The notes under the pieces: generated by a model
The model's database searches: none
What the model saw: the letters and a program-made list of their open reading frames with translations, nothing else
Told to the model about the DNA's origin: nothing
DNA from: Raillietiella orientalis
Lineage: Eukaryota
Assembly: GCA_036172245.1 (NCBI GenBank)
Contig: JAYWIR010000063.1
Span: forward strand, 186,001-250,000
DNA length: 64,000 nt
Reading direction: 5' to 3'
Part shown: one piece after another, positions 12,069 to 25,003 of the stretch
Numbering within the stretch: position 1 is the stretch's first letter
How the letters are laid out: every line of letters starts with the position of its first letter
Program-made: the position numbers and the translations under genes

Positions 12069-13040
12069 AATCCCCCGTCAGATGCATCCTGCAAAATTGC
12101 GGCGGATGTGAAGAAACTGGATAAAAAGAATCGACCGATTGCTGAATCTATTAGACGGGTTAGTTTTGACGATACTGGTGACGTAGAGAAAAAGAGGGAA
12201 AAGTACTTGACCGCGAAGTATGGTGCTCATCAGATGAGTCTTATTCGAAAGCGTGTTCGGGTAGAAACATGGATTTACGATAAGTTGCAGGAGCTTTATG
12301 GATTGGAGGTGAAGTAACTTGCATTTAAGTATTTCTTTCATTTCATGCTTTCCCGTTATGTGCAAGAAAGTGCCGGTTTGGAGTTTCACCCGAGTGGGGA
12401 ATTCGCACCCAATGTTGCTCCCACCTGGAAACGCACTGGTGAAATCCCACTCGGTTGGACCGAATTCAGCATTCTTCTTGCACACCGAATGGAGGAAACC
12501 ACTGTGTCTCCAGCACATTTCCCATCTTAACACCCAGCATCTCCATTCCAGCATCTGGTTCACCCTGTTCTTTTCATCACCACACACATCACTGTGTGTG
12601 GTGATGTGCAAGCCAGATTCCAAATGGACCTCAGTATCCTAACAGAAAGAAAGGCACTCAGACCCTACAGCTGTTTGCCTTTGAACCCTCAGACTTGTCA
12701 CTTCCAGTAACAAGGAATCCTCCTATTTGCAAATTCCAAAAAAAAAAAAAAAAAAACTGCTTTTTGAATTTCAAAATTGAACCACCAATGTGCTCCATTT
12801 CAAGTGGTGTGCTTTTCTAGAATCCACACTCATATGACATGGAGATTGATTTGGATAAGCTTCTGGATATGGACAATGACATGCAGAGATTGAAGTCGCT
12901 GGAGGAACTGTTCAGGAATGAGAACCTGCCGCCAACAGCAGTGAAAGTGAGCAAATCAACGATGGGGAAGAATCAATGTGTCATAATTTTGCTCGTAGGC
13001 TTTCATAGATGAATTGTTGCAGCAAGTCCACACATTATGA
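12069..13040 (+). CDS. PPP1R14: Protein phosphatase 1 inhibitor, CPI-17/PHI-1 (PPP1R14) family; start exon not located
   Basis: Exons 12069-12308 (...RRVSFDD...KYLTAKYGAHQMSLIRKRVRVETWIYDKLQELYGLE), 12821-12946 (NPHSYDMEIDLDKLLDMD...) and 12999-13040 (AFIDELLQQVHTL*), all joined by phase-0 GT-AG introns. RVxF motif and invertebrate-type LTAKY phospho-site are present; AATAAA at 13128-13133. Confidence 0.88.
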
Positions 13041-13779
13041 AAACTAACCAGTGTAGTAAAAATGAGCAGCCCTGTTTCATTTTTCATTATTAATGCTACA
13101 GTGGATGGTACTTGATGACCAACAACTAATAAAGTTTCTGCTTAATTGTTTCATCCTTTTTCATTCCTTTGCAAGTGTAAGACAGATGTGTGATATGGGC
13201 ATCACAGTGCTAGAGCCAAGGTCTCCTGTATTGGGAAACAGAGTTTTTTTTCTGTTACCTGCCGTGGAATGAATAGACCGGTGGTGGCCTCTGGAGGTGA
13301 AGCATGCCGGTGACCGGTGTTTTTTCACAGATCCAGTTGCAAGGAGAGCTTGGACTCCTTAGGAACACGCTCCATTTCAGAAATGGGACCAGTTCTCAGG
13401 GTGTGACGCCATTTTGAATTTGCCGGATTGCGCCTTCGGCACGCACCGCCGGAGACCTTCCTTCCTTCCTTCATGTGGGCCAAGCGGGGCAGATGTCAAT
13501 ACGGTTCTTGCCCAGTTCTGGCAAAGATCCCGAGTTCCCAAGTCGGCAGACTCATCTGTGTGGCGGCCAGAAAAAGCGTCGCCCTGATGCCCAGGCCGCG
13601 GCGGCCTTGATGGGTTCCGCTTTTCCGAGCGCCCCACCCCCCACAATGAATGGGTCCACCTTTGGTGCAATGAAGCCACGCCGTAATCCTTACGGGCAGT
13701 GCGGATCGACTAAGCGGGATCGATGCTCCTCCTCTTCTGCTTCCCGATGGGAACGAATCCGGCCCTTGGCGCTGCCTTC

Positions 13780-15250
13780 GGAGGTCTCGTGGAGAAACTG
13801 CCCCCTCGGTGGTCTCGCAGTAGAACGCCGATCGTTGACCAGTGCCCAGTGCTCGGCGTCGGGAATCGCCCAGGAAACCACGGATTGCTTCCCGGGTCCC
13901 GTAGGCACACAGGCAAACACACTCACAATGAAGGATCAGCGCACGGTAAGGATTGCCTGTCCCCGATTCCAGCAGGAATATGAAGAAGAAAAAAGTCTCG
14001 CCGCTAGCAATGCAATATCGAGGGGCAACGCACGTTACAATTCAGAATATAAATGACCTGAACAGACACAACTACAGAGATGTGAGAGTCGGTCAGTTTG
14101 TCGGAATGGAGGACCCCCGCCAGCTTTGCAGTTCGCCAGGTGCTGAAGGACCGTTCGCCTCCTCAGGGGATGGGGGCTCACCAAGCTCTTTAACACTGTC
14201 CAGCCACCCGGGGGTGCACGTAGCGCTTCAAGTTAGGGGATACCCCGGAGGGACCACCCTATGGATCCAGGAGGGGAGTCTATTCCTCTTACGCTCGGAA
14301 GGAAATCCCGAAGGGAACTCTCGCCCTGGTTGTCTTCCTTGCTCTCTCCGGAAGCGTCCCCCAAAGGGGACCCAATCCTTGTTTCTTCTGCTGAGGGAAC
14401 GCGCAAGGGAACCTCAATTTCCTGGTTTTCTCCTCTGAAGAGAACACCAAAGGGATTCTTCTCAGTTTTTCTGAAGAGTCGCTCCCGAAGGGAGCAGCGC
14501 GCCTCTTCACACTCTGGAGAGGCATCAAATCCACCAGCTGCATGGTACGAGATGGCTCCCTATCCACTACCGGATGGGAACCGCGAAAGGCTCCTCGATT
14601 CCTGGAAGGATCCGGAGGGTCGAATTCCCATCCCGTCCGGTTGACGGGGGCATCCGCTTCTCAGCTGCTTCCACCAGTGCCGCACCCGATTATGGACCGA
14701 CCAGCGCCGTCCTGCGGGGGGACTAGAAACCCACGACGCACCCTCCCGTTCGATCCTGGCGCCTGGCGCCACGCGCGCGAAGGCCGCAGCCGACAACACC
14801 TCCAGACGTGTGAGGGCGCTGCCCTCTTCTTTGTTGGGGACCCTGGTCGTACTGGGTCCCCTTTTCACACACACTTCACGGACGTTCCTCACTTCCGCAG
14901 GACGAGTTGGGCCGCATTCCAGGGCAGCGGTCGGAGTCCCTTGCAAAGTGTGGTTTCCCTCGACCAGCATCAATTGGTCCCAGGGGTCTGGATGATGGGG
15001 GAGTCATTCCATCCGACAGCAGTGCCAGCAGCGTGCTGAGTATTCGATGTCGGACTCCCGCGGGAGACTGGCGTCTAAAGTGGGAAATTCGGCAGGACAA
15101 CTGGATCCGAGAAAGGGCGGAAGACAGCGATTCCGAGAGGGAGCCCAGAGAGTCTGCTCTCCAGGAAAGACGGACGCTTCCCGCCGGTCAGACTGCCTGG
15201 AAGCGACCGCCTCGAGATCTTGTCAGTCCACACAAAGGTATCCTCTGGAG
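13780..15250 (+). mobile_element. Degenerate APE endonuclease domain of an L1/Tx1-like LINE, split by a SINE
   Basis: Left of the SINE: VSWRN..GGL and GIAQET. Right of the SINE: ALFFVGDPG (GDFN equivalent), TSW...GRSPL, PSDSS and GDWRLKWEIRQD (G.WKLN equivalent). Motifs are in the expected order. Confidence 0.5.
14138..14810 (-). mobile_element. tRNA-derived SINE, copy 3
   Basis: Reverse complement begins gctgcggccttcgcgcgcgtggcgccaggcg...gcgtcgtgggtttc and ends ttaaagagcttggtgagcccc...aacggtccttcagcac, matching 23099-23148. Confidence 0.7.
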
Positions 15251-15899
15251 CCACCAAAGAAAACCGCAGAGGCAAACGGGAAGTGCAGCGTTGAAAGAAG
15301 GAGGGTGGGAAGGAGGATCTCTGAGAAATTTGCCGCCTTCGCTTGGAGCTTTCCTAGAAAGACCCGGGCTTCGCTGCTTCCCGGGCTCCAGGAAACTTCC
15401 AATTGAGGGCATCTCAGCTTCCACGCGACTTCCACTGCCGTTCCGCAGAGTGGCCGGTTCTGCAACTGCCAAGCATGGATCTCTCGCAGCTGCACACTGC
15501 GTCTCCTTTCTCCTTTGCTTTTTTACCGACAGCACTGCTGAACATTGTAAACAGTGTGTAATTGGTGCAGGTCAACCCCGGTCCACCCCGAGTCACTGAA
15601 GATATCAGGTTTCATTTGCGAAAGGTTGTTCGTTCATCTATTGGTGTTTCCAGCAATGGTTCGTTCACCTAATGGTCCTTCGTTGAGCTTGGCTGTTCCT
15701 GCCACTTCTTGCGGTCAGTTCGACGTCCGTTGATGAAACCAGTTGGTCGCGTTCGACCGGATCCGTCTGGCACTCGGAAGAGGAGTCCCGCTGACTCAAT
15801 CGTGCAGCCTAGTCGCTCTTCCGCTCAAGCGGGCTACTGGCTTCAGAGGTTTCCCTTGGTTTCGGTTTCCGTTCGCCCTGTTCCCGGTTTCCTGAGTCC

Positions 15900-16720
15900 C
15901 GTTCTCTGGACGCGATGGAGGTGCGACGAGAGAACTGGGTGTCAGTGCAAACTCTTACGAAGGAACATTCCCGGCGCCCAACTCTCGCCTCTTCCGCGGC
16001 TCTGTACGGAACACGCCAGCACGAGGCTGTGCGCAGTGCGAAACCTCTTCCTGAAACGGGAGTAGGACCTTCGAGGGAACTCCCGTGCCGTCCTGCATCA
16101 TTGAACTGAACGTACCGTGCGACGGACACGACGGATGCAGCAGGAAGACGACGACGCAGGACTTGGCGCCGCAACGCCAGAGCATCCGCTCTCCCGAGAT
16201 CCATTCGATCTCCTACACTTGATCCGCAGAGACAGCGTGCATCTCCCGCAGCAGCACCAGGTCGATGGACCGCAGGGTGCCGGCCACGTCCTGTGTCCTA
16301 CCGTCGTCGGACAGCCCATTGATGTTGCAGCAGGCGATGCGCGCACACACACACACACCAGTCCGCGTAGGAGCGTGGGACTCTCTCGTGGGTGGCTCAG
16401 ACCGCTTCAGGATCCTCCATCGGAGCGGCCCATCCCGTCCTGACGTGCCTCCCGTGACGCCCACCGGGGACTCGGATTCCTGGAAGTGAATGTGCCGGGA
16501 TGCTGACCGACTGGTGAGGGGTGGTTGAGGAACGGTCGCTTCGCCGGTGGACACCAAGCGTCCGCTCCCACAACCGACTACGACGCGCCTTTCTGGCAGA
16601 GCTCCACGGTCTCTCGTGGATGGCCCTTTCTTGACCACCCAATGACCTCGCTGGGACTTCGTTGCCATTGTTAGCCTGAGGCGATGGAAATTCTTTGGGT
16701 CTCTTTGCTGCTTTCCTTCC
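15900..16720 (-). mobile_element. L1/Tx1-like LINE remnant: APE N-terminus with possible ORF1 end
   Basis: ARIACCNINGLSDDGRTQDVAGTLRSIDLVLLREMH (APE motifs I and II) at about 16235-16345, then in shifted frames GAKSCVVVFLL and NDAGR. Confidence 0.65.
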
Positions 16721-16729
16721 ATCTCTCTG

Positions 16730-17500
16730 CTTCTTTTTTCCTGGTTCTCAAGGAATGATGAAGAACCGTTGGCTTCCTCTGGGGGGTCTCACGGAGCTCT
16801 TTGACGCCACCGGGGGGTGCGCGTCGACTCTTCCAGTTATAGAGGGTGACCCCATATGGACCATCCTATGAATCCAGGGAGGCTCCAGAGGAAGAGGAGT
16901 CCACTCCTCTCTTGCTCTTGAGAGGGAACCCTCGCCCTGGTTGCCTCCAAAGTAAAACCCGAAGGGCCCCCTCTTATTCCTTGTTCTCTCCGTAGGAATC
17001 CCCCCGTTTGTAGGGACCGCTCCTTGTTTCTTTTCCGGAGGGACTCCCCGGAAAGGATCCGTTCCTGGTTCTCTCCTCTGAAGAGGGGGAGGAGGAGGAA
17101 GAGGAGGGAGGAAGGAAGGAGGAGGAGGGGGGAAGTGAGGGGAAGGGAAGGAGGAGGAAGGGAAGGAGAGGGAAGAAGGAAGGAAGGAGAACCCGGAAGG
17201 GACGCTCACCAAAGAAAGCGGCGCGCTTCTGGCACTCTGGGAAGGCGACTCCCCGAGGGGAGCGTCAACCAGCCTTCGTGGATCAGAGGCTCCATCTGCA
17301 CAACCGGGGAGCGATCCGGGAGGGAACCGGGGGCCTCCTCCTGATCTCCCGAAACCACGGGATCGCGGGGTCCGGAGTGGAGGTCGATCCCTCAGCAGGC
17401 GATTCTGAGTCGCCGCAGTCCGGAGCGCGAGGTGCGGGTCGCCGGGAGTGGCACCCTGCATGGCGATCGAAGCTCCCCATCCACTCTCGAGCGGTTGGTC
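16730..17500 (-). mobile_element. tRNA-derived SINE, copy 4 (diverged, internal purine-tract expansion)
   Basis: The 3' end (reverse complement) ccaacggttcttcatcattccttgagaaccaggaaaaaag matches the end of the 22425-23195 copy. The body matches 14138-14810. A GGA/GAA expansion lies at about 17080-17200. Confidence 0.65.
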
Positions 17501-18299
17501 CTTCCTCGGGAACCGCTGCTGCCCGCTAGGGTCTCTGGCCGGCTAACCACCAGGGGCCCGAAGGGGGAGAGAAGGGATCGGGGTGCAGGAGGAGCAGAGG
17601 AAATGGTCAGGCCCGCCGGTCTCTCGCCGTCTGCTGGGGGGAAGGAAGAATGGAGAAGATACGGGAAGGCTTTCCGCGGATTCGCCCCTGTGGAAGAGGT
17701 CTCGGAGGTGTCGCCGCGGCAACGCTGCGACCTGAGCACCCGGATTCGCCACCGCCGGCAGTGTGGAACCCGAGAAGCCGTGGGCTCCGCTCGCTGGGCC
17801 TTTCCCACGTTGCGGGGAGATCCCCCATCCTTTTCCGCTGCCTTGGAAATCCCTCCCCTTTACGCGCGCGCTCCGACAGTGGGAGGTCGGGTGCGACGAC
17901 GTCCGGGAGGTAGCGCTTTCGTCCCCGCGCACATGCGCGCGCGCTTCGAGGGCGGAATTTCCCCGCGACGCTCGCGGGACCGCTGTGTCCTCTTCCAGGT
18001 GGTCTCACGCCGGTTGCGGAGGAGGAGGCAGGCGCCCACCATCGATGGGGCGAGGCAGGAAGGCGCCCACGCGGGAAGGCGTGCCGAAGGACAAGTCGGT
18101 AGAGGTCGGCGCCCCCGAGCGGGATGGCAGGCGGCTTCGCGGCCCCGCGAGGGACCCTAACGCGGGAAGCGCCAGGAAGTGTAAGGAGAGGAGGGCGGTG
18201 CGTTGACGCTAACGCGGCTTCCCCCTGAGGCACCGTTGAGGGTCACCTTCCCTTCCTGGGCCGTCCATCTGCCGCGGTCCAGATCGCAGTGCTGTGGGC

Positions 18300-19510
18300 A
18301 GCGACCACGATGGCACCGTTCGGTCTTGGAGGGAACTACTCCCGCCGTGCGTCGTCGGGAGGAGGTCAGCAGGGCTTCAGAAGGAACGAAGGTGGCCGAA
18401 GGTCACCCAATCACTGTCTCCGAGCAAAGGTTCCGGAAGTCTCCCGGTTGGTCACTTCCGGGTCTCGCTCGGGGGCTCTTCCGCTCACTCCAACTCTTCA
18501 GTTTGCCAATCCCGGGTTTCGGCACTCGGATGTTGGACGCTCATGCGGATGTCTTGCGTGAAAAGGCTGGCAGGCTGTGCGTCCCCAAGCGCTGCGTGAG
18601 CACGGAGCGTCCTTGCAGTCCCCGCCTCGCCTTTGGCGAGCTGCTCTGGACATGGAAATTGCGAGCACATCAAGGCGATAAATCGAGGGTGCAACTCGTC
18701 GACGCTGATCAGCTGGACCAATTAAAGAGGACTCCTGAGGTTTGAGCCATGTCAAGTCGGGTGTCAATACGCATCGATGAACAAGTGGTTTGGTAAGGGG
18801 AAGGAGGGAAAAGGACGAGAAGGAAGGGAAGAGAAGAGAGGAGGAGGAGGGAGAGAGAAGGGAAGAAAAAACGAAGGAGGGGAAAGGAAGAGGCGGAAGA
18901 GGAGATTTTTTTGCCAGCATACTTTATTGCACTTACGTAAATCATCCAAATGTCAATATGCCTTCCAGCCACATTGGTCTCCTCCTAGCCACACGTTTGA
19001 GGGGACAATTCGGACCCTTCGGCATGGTCTCGCGGAAGGGTCATGCGCGAAAAGAAGAGGTAAAGAGTCATTCATCATTCGACACGCATTCGATTTCATA
19101 AAGTCCCGTCAATTAGATCAGGATTCGAACGAGAAGAAGGGACTTCTCACTTCCTCTCAGCAAGAGTTGTCGACGGAAAACTTCTGAGAACCCTATTGAC
19201 GGACGTCGCCAATTAGTGCAAGTGCCTTTTAGCTGAAGACCGGTTTCGAGATGGATGGCTGCTAATGGCACTCTGCACCGGAGAGTGATGCAATTCCAGT
19301 GGCTCCTTTTCGAGTTTGGAAGATCTTCGGCAGCTGCGCACACGTGGAAGATGCAAGGACAGCCAGCCATCTCGTTAAATTTAGGTCTCCCACGCGTTAT
19401 CGCGCGCAGCTGAAGATAACCTGGACTTTTTATGTTTTCAGAGACCAGTTCGAGTATTCGTTTACTCTCCCCTGTGATTTGCATCCGCCGTGTGGCTTGG
19501 GAATGTCCTG
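18300..19510 (-). mobile_element. Possible hAT-type transposase remnant
   Basis: TGE...ENI...G...MAGCPCIFHVCAAAEDLP near 19320-19480 resembles the hAT C.CH..HLCA..A...LP motif. ALL...KTERCHR near 18310-18375 weakly resembles the C-terminal dimerisation motif. Heavily degraded. Confidence 0.35.
18797..18905. repeat. Polypurine (GGA/GAA) low-complexity tract
   Basis: Near-pure A/G run on the + strand. Confidence 0.85.
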
Positions 19511-19719
19511 TCGCCGGTGTCCAGGGCAACCCTCGATTCCGTTTCATCTTAAGGTTGCAGCAGCGCAAGCGAGAGATCCGACGTTTCTCGAAAGCGGCCG
19601 GCCGGCGGTGCTCGCCAACTCGAATCGAACCTGCGGAGACGACCAAAGCAGTCGCGCAGTCAGTGGACATTCGCTACTATGGGAGCCTTTGCTCGCGCTT
19701 TTCACCTCTAAGATTTGCA

Positions 19720-19842
19720 AGAGGGAAGGAGCAGGAGAGGAAAGAAGGAAGAAGGAGGAGGAAGAAGGGAGGGGAAGGAGGAGGAAAGAGGAGGAGGAGA
19801 AGGAAGAGGAGGAAAGGAAAAAGAGGAAAAGGAGGAGGAAAT
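19720..19842. repeat. Polypurine (GGA/GAA) low-complexity tract
   Basis: Near-pure A/G run on the + strand. Confidence 0.85.
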
Positions 19843-22424
19843 CTCCATGATTTGCAAGAGTGCCCGACCAACAAGTTCCTATTGCGACCTTCCGTCGAGG
19901 AACTCGACCAAGAGTTTCTCTCCGCCTTTTCACGGGAGCAGTCAAAAGAGCATCGCTGACTCTCCCTCGCTTTGTACTCGAGAGAACAGCTCTCACGGTT
20001 CAGTGTCATGCCACGGGCTACGCGTGTTTTTGTCACCAACAACCCTGCAGTACAATACACCCATCGCCACGCGATGTTCTTTACTGGTGCAAATATCACC
20101 AGCCGTCTCTTGAGCGGCTGAAAGCTCGCCGGGACCGAATTCGCACTGCTGCGTTAGTGGGCGACGTTCATCTGATCACAAGACATCGTGGGTCGCCCCC
20201 TCCCAAATGGGCTTGCAGACTATCAACTTGTGGCAGCCGTGCGGAACTCCTTGCTTTCGACCGGAGATTTTGTTCCCACGTGGAAGTGCGTCGGGAACAT
20301 CATCATTTTTGACGGCGGCGCCGCCGTTCGGCGTCCACATCCTCCCCCCTCCCAGCCGGCAAACAACCCGATTCCTCGCCAGGGAGGCACACGCGGGACG
20401 TGCCCACGGGATCCGCTCGCAGCCCTCGCGAGCGACGACAGGCCGGGGATCCGGTCGGCGCCGCGGTCCGGTGCAAGCGCGGAACGGACGGGCGCTGCCA
20501 TCTGCTAGCGAGGTCCCGTACTCGCTCGGTTGCGAGAGCCGCACGCGAGCGGCGCGGTTATTGATTTTTGCCGCGCCGCCTGCCTTCCCGCTGACGCTTG
20601 GCATGCGGTGAAACGAAATACGCGCTTCCTGGCACAGTATGGAGAATAACCAGAAAAAGATGCGTTTTTCCAGTTCCTCTCCATCCATTGGAGGAGACCG
20701 AAAGCAAAAAGGAAAAAAAAAAAGCCGAGCACTTTACAGCAGCGGTAATGCAGAAGCAACGGCACTCATTTGCCGTCCTAACGCTCGTTCGCGCTGTGCA
20801 CCCCTGAAAAGCTTTTGCATCCGATGGCCGTGGACAAGATGGACTCGTGGACGGAACTAACCTGAGACCATTATTTTCTCTTCGGAAAGCACGAAGGTGT
20901 AGCCGTTGAACTCTTCTGAGCTGGAGAGGAAGCGGGCACCTGCGTTCACAGCTGGGTAGATGACTCCCGCCGAACCGCCCGACTCAGCGAAGGTCCGATC
21001 CCCATTTCTTTCCGGGCCGAAAGTTACAGGAAAGAAAGAAAGAAAAAAAAAAAAAGTGAAATGAAATGAGACATGCGTTCTCGCTGACGATTGGCGTCAA
21101 GTGGTTTCATCTTCTGCGCTGGCGACTTTCAGCCATCACCCCGTATCTGCATCGGTTCGATTGGAGGGTCTTCATCCGGGCACGCACCTGCTGCTGCTGA
21201 GGTCAACAGCCTGCGGCCAGCTCGGAAGACCGAATCTCGCGCATGGTGGAGCTGCCTCAACCCGAATGTTGGGAGGGGGGTGCAGCAGTGATTGCTGCTG
21301 ACCGTGTTCCCACACGGCAGGAGGAGGAAGAAGATGGGAGGAACGAAGGATCCGAGCGATGCCTCTTACCGTCTTCCTGCTGAAAAGGAGACTGCTCCGC
21401 GGACGGCACGCAGTCCCCGGGCCGACCGTCCCGCGTTCGCCGTTCTCTGCCGGTCATGGCACCTGCAGCACGCTCTCTCTGCCTGTCGACCAACAGCCCT
21501 CACATCCTGCATTTGTGCCTCTGTGCTGGATAGAAGGCACGAACAACAGCGATGAGCGCGAGAGCAGAAGAGGCACATGGAGTGTTTAAGCGGCAGTCTC
21601 GAAGAGGATGAAAGCAAAATCACCACGCGGGATGTGCCTCTTTGGCGGAGATGGATTTGGGAAGAGCTATTCTTGAGAGGACGCGGAAAGCCGCAAAGCC
21701 GGGACCCGGAGAGATGAAGGAGCAAACGTGTCCTGGAGACAAGAATGGATGAGGCTGAATAAGGCTCATGGCGCCGCCGACGGCGCTGCGACGGGGGGGG
21801 AGGGGGGGGGGGGCGAGACGCCGTCTCCAGACCGGCCGCGCGTCCCAGCAGTCCGTCCAGAAGGAGAGCGCCAGCGCGTCCTCGCGTTTCCCGAAATGAA
21901 GGGCTCGGAACCCTGGGGACGGGATGGGGAGGGTCCCCCTCCGCGGTCGTCTTCTGCACGAGGGAGTCCCTGACCTCGCCGCGGCGGAACCCGGGACAGC
22001 GGTCTCCTCCCAGGTGCTGACGCAGAGGCGCTCGGACCCCCCGGTCAGGTTGCCGGGGACGACCGGAGGGACGAAGGACAGGATTGGAACGCGGCCTCCG
22101 CCGCCGCGTGCTCGGACGCTGCTGCCCGGCAGTCCCGCAGGAGCGGCTCCGCACGCCCGCGACAGCCCCAACTCCGTTCCGAGAGGTGAGAGACTTTCCC
22201 TCCGGCAGCCGGTGGCTCCTTCTGCCCGCGGGGCGTCGGCCAAGGGGTCTCCAGACTTCCGCAGGGGCGCCGGCTTCCTCGTCGGGATGATGCCATTCCC
22301 GGCTTTGCGTCACCAGTCGGGAAACGACCCGGTGATCGATCGTCGTTGTGGTACGCAATCGTTCCATGTAAAAGCGCGCGGGTGCACATGCAGTTGCTGT
22401 GTACTCGAACTCATGTACACTGGA

Positions 22425-23195
22425 GGCATCGCGTTGAGATGCGTGTGAGGCTCCAGGCGTCGCGGGTTCGAATCCCGCCCCGGGGTATGAAGGATCCCTC
22501 GAGATCCCTCGAGCATGTCGTGTCCTCTCGAGGACGCAGAGTTTCGATTTCCCTCCGCTAGATGACGTCGGTTGGCCTATTCGGGTGCGGCACCGATAGA
22601 AGCTGGAAACCCCCGGATGTCCCCCGTTGACCGGCCGGGATTGGGAGTCTACCTCCCGGGGTCCTTCCAGGACACCACGAAGCCTCTTCGGGGCTCTCTT
22701 CCGGTTGCGAGGATGGAGCTGTACCATGGAGCTTGTTGACGGCCCCCCTGGGGGGATGCCTCTTCAGAGTGCCAGAAGCGCTCTGCCCCCTCCCGGGTTT
22801 CTTTCAGAGGAGGGAGGAAGGAAGGAGCGGTGCCCCTGCGAGTTCCCTCCACAGGAGAGATGAGGAGTGACCTCCGAGGGACCGACCCTTCAGAAGACAA
22901 TGAGGAAGGGATGGTTCCCTTCGGTGTTCCCTCTGGGAGCGACCAGGGCAAAGGATCTTCTTCGGGGACTCCTCCCGAGCTTGAGAGGAGCGGACTCCCT
23001 CTTCCGGAACCCTTCCTGGATTCCTAGGGCGGTCCTTCCGGCTTTGCTCTCCAGCTTGAAGAGTTGCTACTCGCGCCCTCGGGTGGCGCGGACGCCGATT
23101 AAACAGCTTGGCGAGCCCCTCGCAAGGTGACCAACGGTCCTTCAGCACTTCAGTCCTTCAGTCCTTGAGAACCAACAGAAAAAAAAAGGAAAACT
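22425..23195 (+). mobile_element. tRNA-derived SINE, copy 5 (most complete)
   Basis: Perfect T-arm GCGGG-TTCGAAT-CCCGC at 22462-22478; body shared with the other copies; ends cttcagtccttcagtccttgagaaccaacag followed by an A-rich tail. Confidence 0.75.
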
Positions 23196-23479
23196 CTGGA
23201 AGGAAAGCAGCAAAGGCAGAACAGAGAGCCCCACAGGATTTCCAGCATCCCAGGCCAACAACCGTGACGACCTCCCCGTGAGGTCTCCACGAGCCTTCCC
23301 CTCCCTCCCCCCCCAAAAAAAAAAAAAAATGGAAAATATTCGCGTGCGTCAGGTGTGCGTGGAATCAAAATGGCGGCGAGCCCGCAAAGGGACGACGCGT
23401 TCGGTTCAAAATCCACAACGATCAGAATTCCCACTGCTGAAATTTCGAAAGGTCATACGGAACGAATACATACCTTCAA

Positions 23480-24060
23480 CGTGCACATCAATACGTATTT
23501 ATATGTAAATTAATATACATTATAAGGGTTTTAAACATGAATATATATATTTATTATCTTTACCAATATATACAGATGATATTAATATAAATATTTATGT
23601 ATAGAAATATGCATATATTGAACTGTAAATGCATGCATACATATATATTTCTATCCATGTATGAATACATATTTTTTGTAAACTCACATATGTATTACAT
23701 GCACACGCATATATTTATATCTACCTATATGTTCGTATACAAATAGACATATGTGCATAAATGTGTGTATAAATATACATATAAATGAATGTATATATAT
23801 ATATATACATATGTATGTATGTATATTTACACACATATTTATGTGCATACTTATATTTAGATAGATACACATAGTTTGTGCATATTAATGTATATGATAA
23901 GGATAAGGAGGGTGTGTATTTATTGTTTATAATCGTTCGTACATACATCAAGGATGTAATCGACAACTCGTTGATTTCATTAATAAATCTTGATATATAT
24001 ACATGTTCCAATAATATTACTGCTAATAGTATGTATGTTAATAATTAGGGATGCATGTGA
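23480..24060. repeat. AT-rich low-complexity (TA/CA microsatellite-derived) tract
   Basis: Degenerate atatatacat/atgtat repeats; no credible ORF. Confidence 0.8.
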
Positions 24061-24559
24061 AAATGAATTCGTGTGTTAATCCAGGCAGGACGAGAGCACG
24101 CGTTTTCGTGACCTTTCGGAATTCATCGATCGGCAGCGGTGCCCACCCCATCCCCTGTTTGCCTGTTTATTTGGTTTGTTGGTCCACCTTCCTCTCCTCC
24201 CGAGTTGTGCTCCCAGCCGGGGTAACCCCTTCCGGCTGGGACCGGCACTGTCCTCACAAGTTGCATTCGTTTCCGATAGATGGCGCGGCAGCGCGGGGTA
24301 TAAAAACGGTTGCTGCTGCTGCTTTCTTCTTGGGCCGGCAGATTCGGAACGAAGTCGCCGGTAGGTCGGGAAGGGACCCGAGGCTGGGCCCCGTGGCAGC
24401 CTCGGATGCCCCCCGGTGGCGCCACCGACCTTCCCTTTCCTCGCTCCGTGGCCTCCGGGATTTCTTTGGCGTCCTCAGACCGCAAAGGGCCACCACGCTC
24501 GGGCAGAGGCCTTCGAGGTTGCGTCTCCGTGACCGCAACCCCGAAGAGAAGGAGGAGCC

Positions 24560-25003
24560 GCCGCAGCAAGTGGGGCTGCTCGTGTCCTCGAGGTCTCCCT
24601 GGGGCGTCCCAGGATCCCCTGTCAGCATCAGCGAGCGTAGTTGGAGCACCGCAGGCTCTGCCCGTTCGTTTTCGTCCATGTACGGACAGTTTCTTGTGTC
24701 CAGGCGCCGCAGTTTGTGGGCGACGGTAAGACCCAAGAAAAGTCCAGTGTCATGGCAACCGCCTGCCGATTCTGGCACTCGTACCGGGGCAGCCTTTGGC
24801 GATCGCAAGCGAGGAACGATGTCAGCGCCTCGGGACCGGCTGCTCGTTTGATTAGGAACCCTACTGGGACGCACCAGTGGGTGGTCCAGCTCTTGGCTAC
24901 TGCCGGAGCCAACCCTCATGGAAACTGCAGCTGGGCGTTCCGTCCGCTTCAGTCCGGGGAGGTCAGAACCCAGGAAGATCAAGCGGACCTCTGCGTCCCC
25001 CAA
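24560..25003 (-). mobile_element. Degenerate but in-frame APE endonuclease remnant (L1/Tx1-like)
   Basis: One frame gives LIFLGSDLPGLK..R.AAV, SQELDH, SRSRGADI, TGLFLGLTV, CPYMDENERAE and LMLTGDPG, equivalent to APE motifs I-V in order. Confidence 0.5.

Noticed and set aside
22425..22485. Intact tRNA gene (CCA anticodon-like)
   Set aside because: Only the T-arm is well formed; no convincing D-arm or acceptor stem, and it continues into the SINE body.
24270..24335. LTR-like promoter (agatggcgc...TATAAAA)
   Set aside because: No second LTR, TG...CA termini or primer-binding site found.
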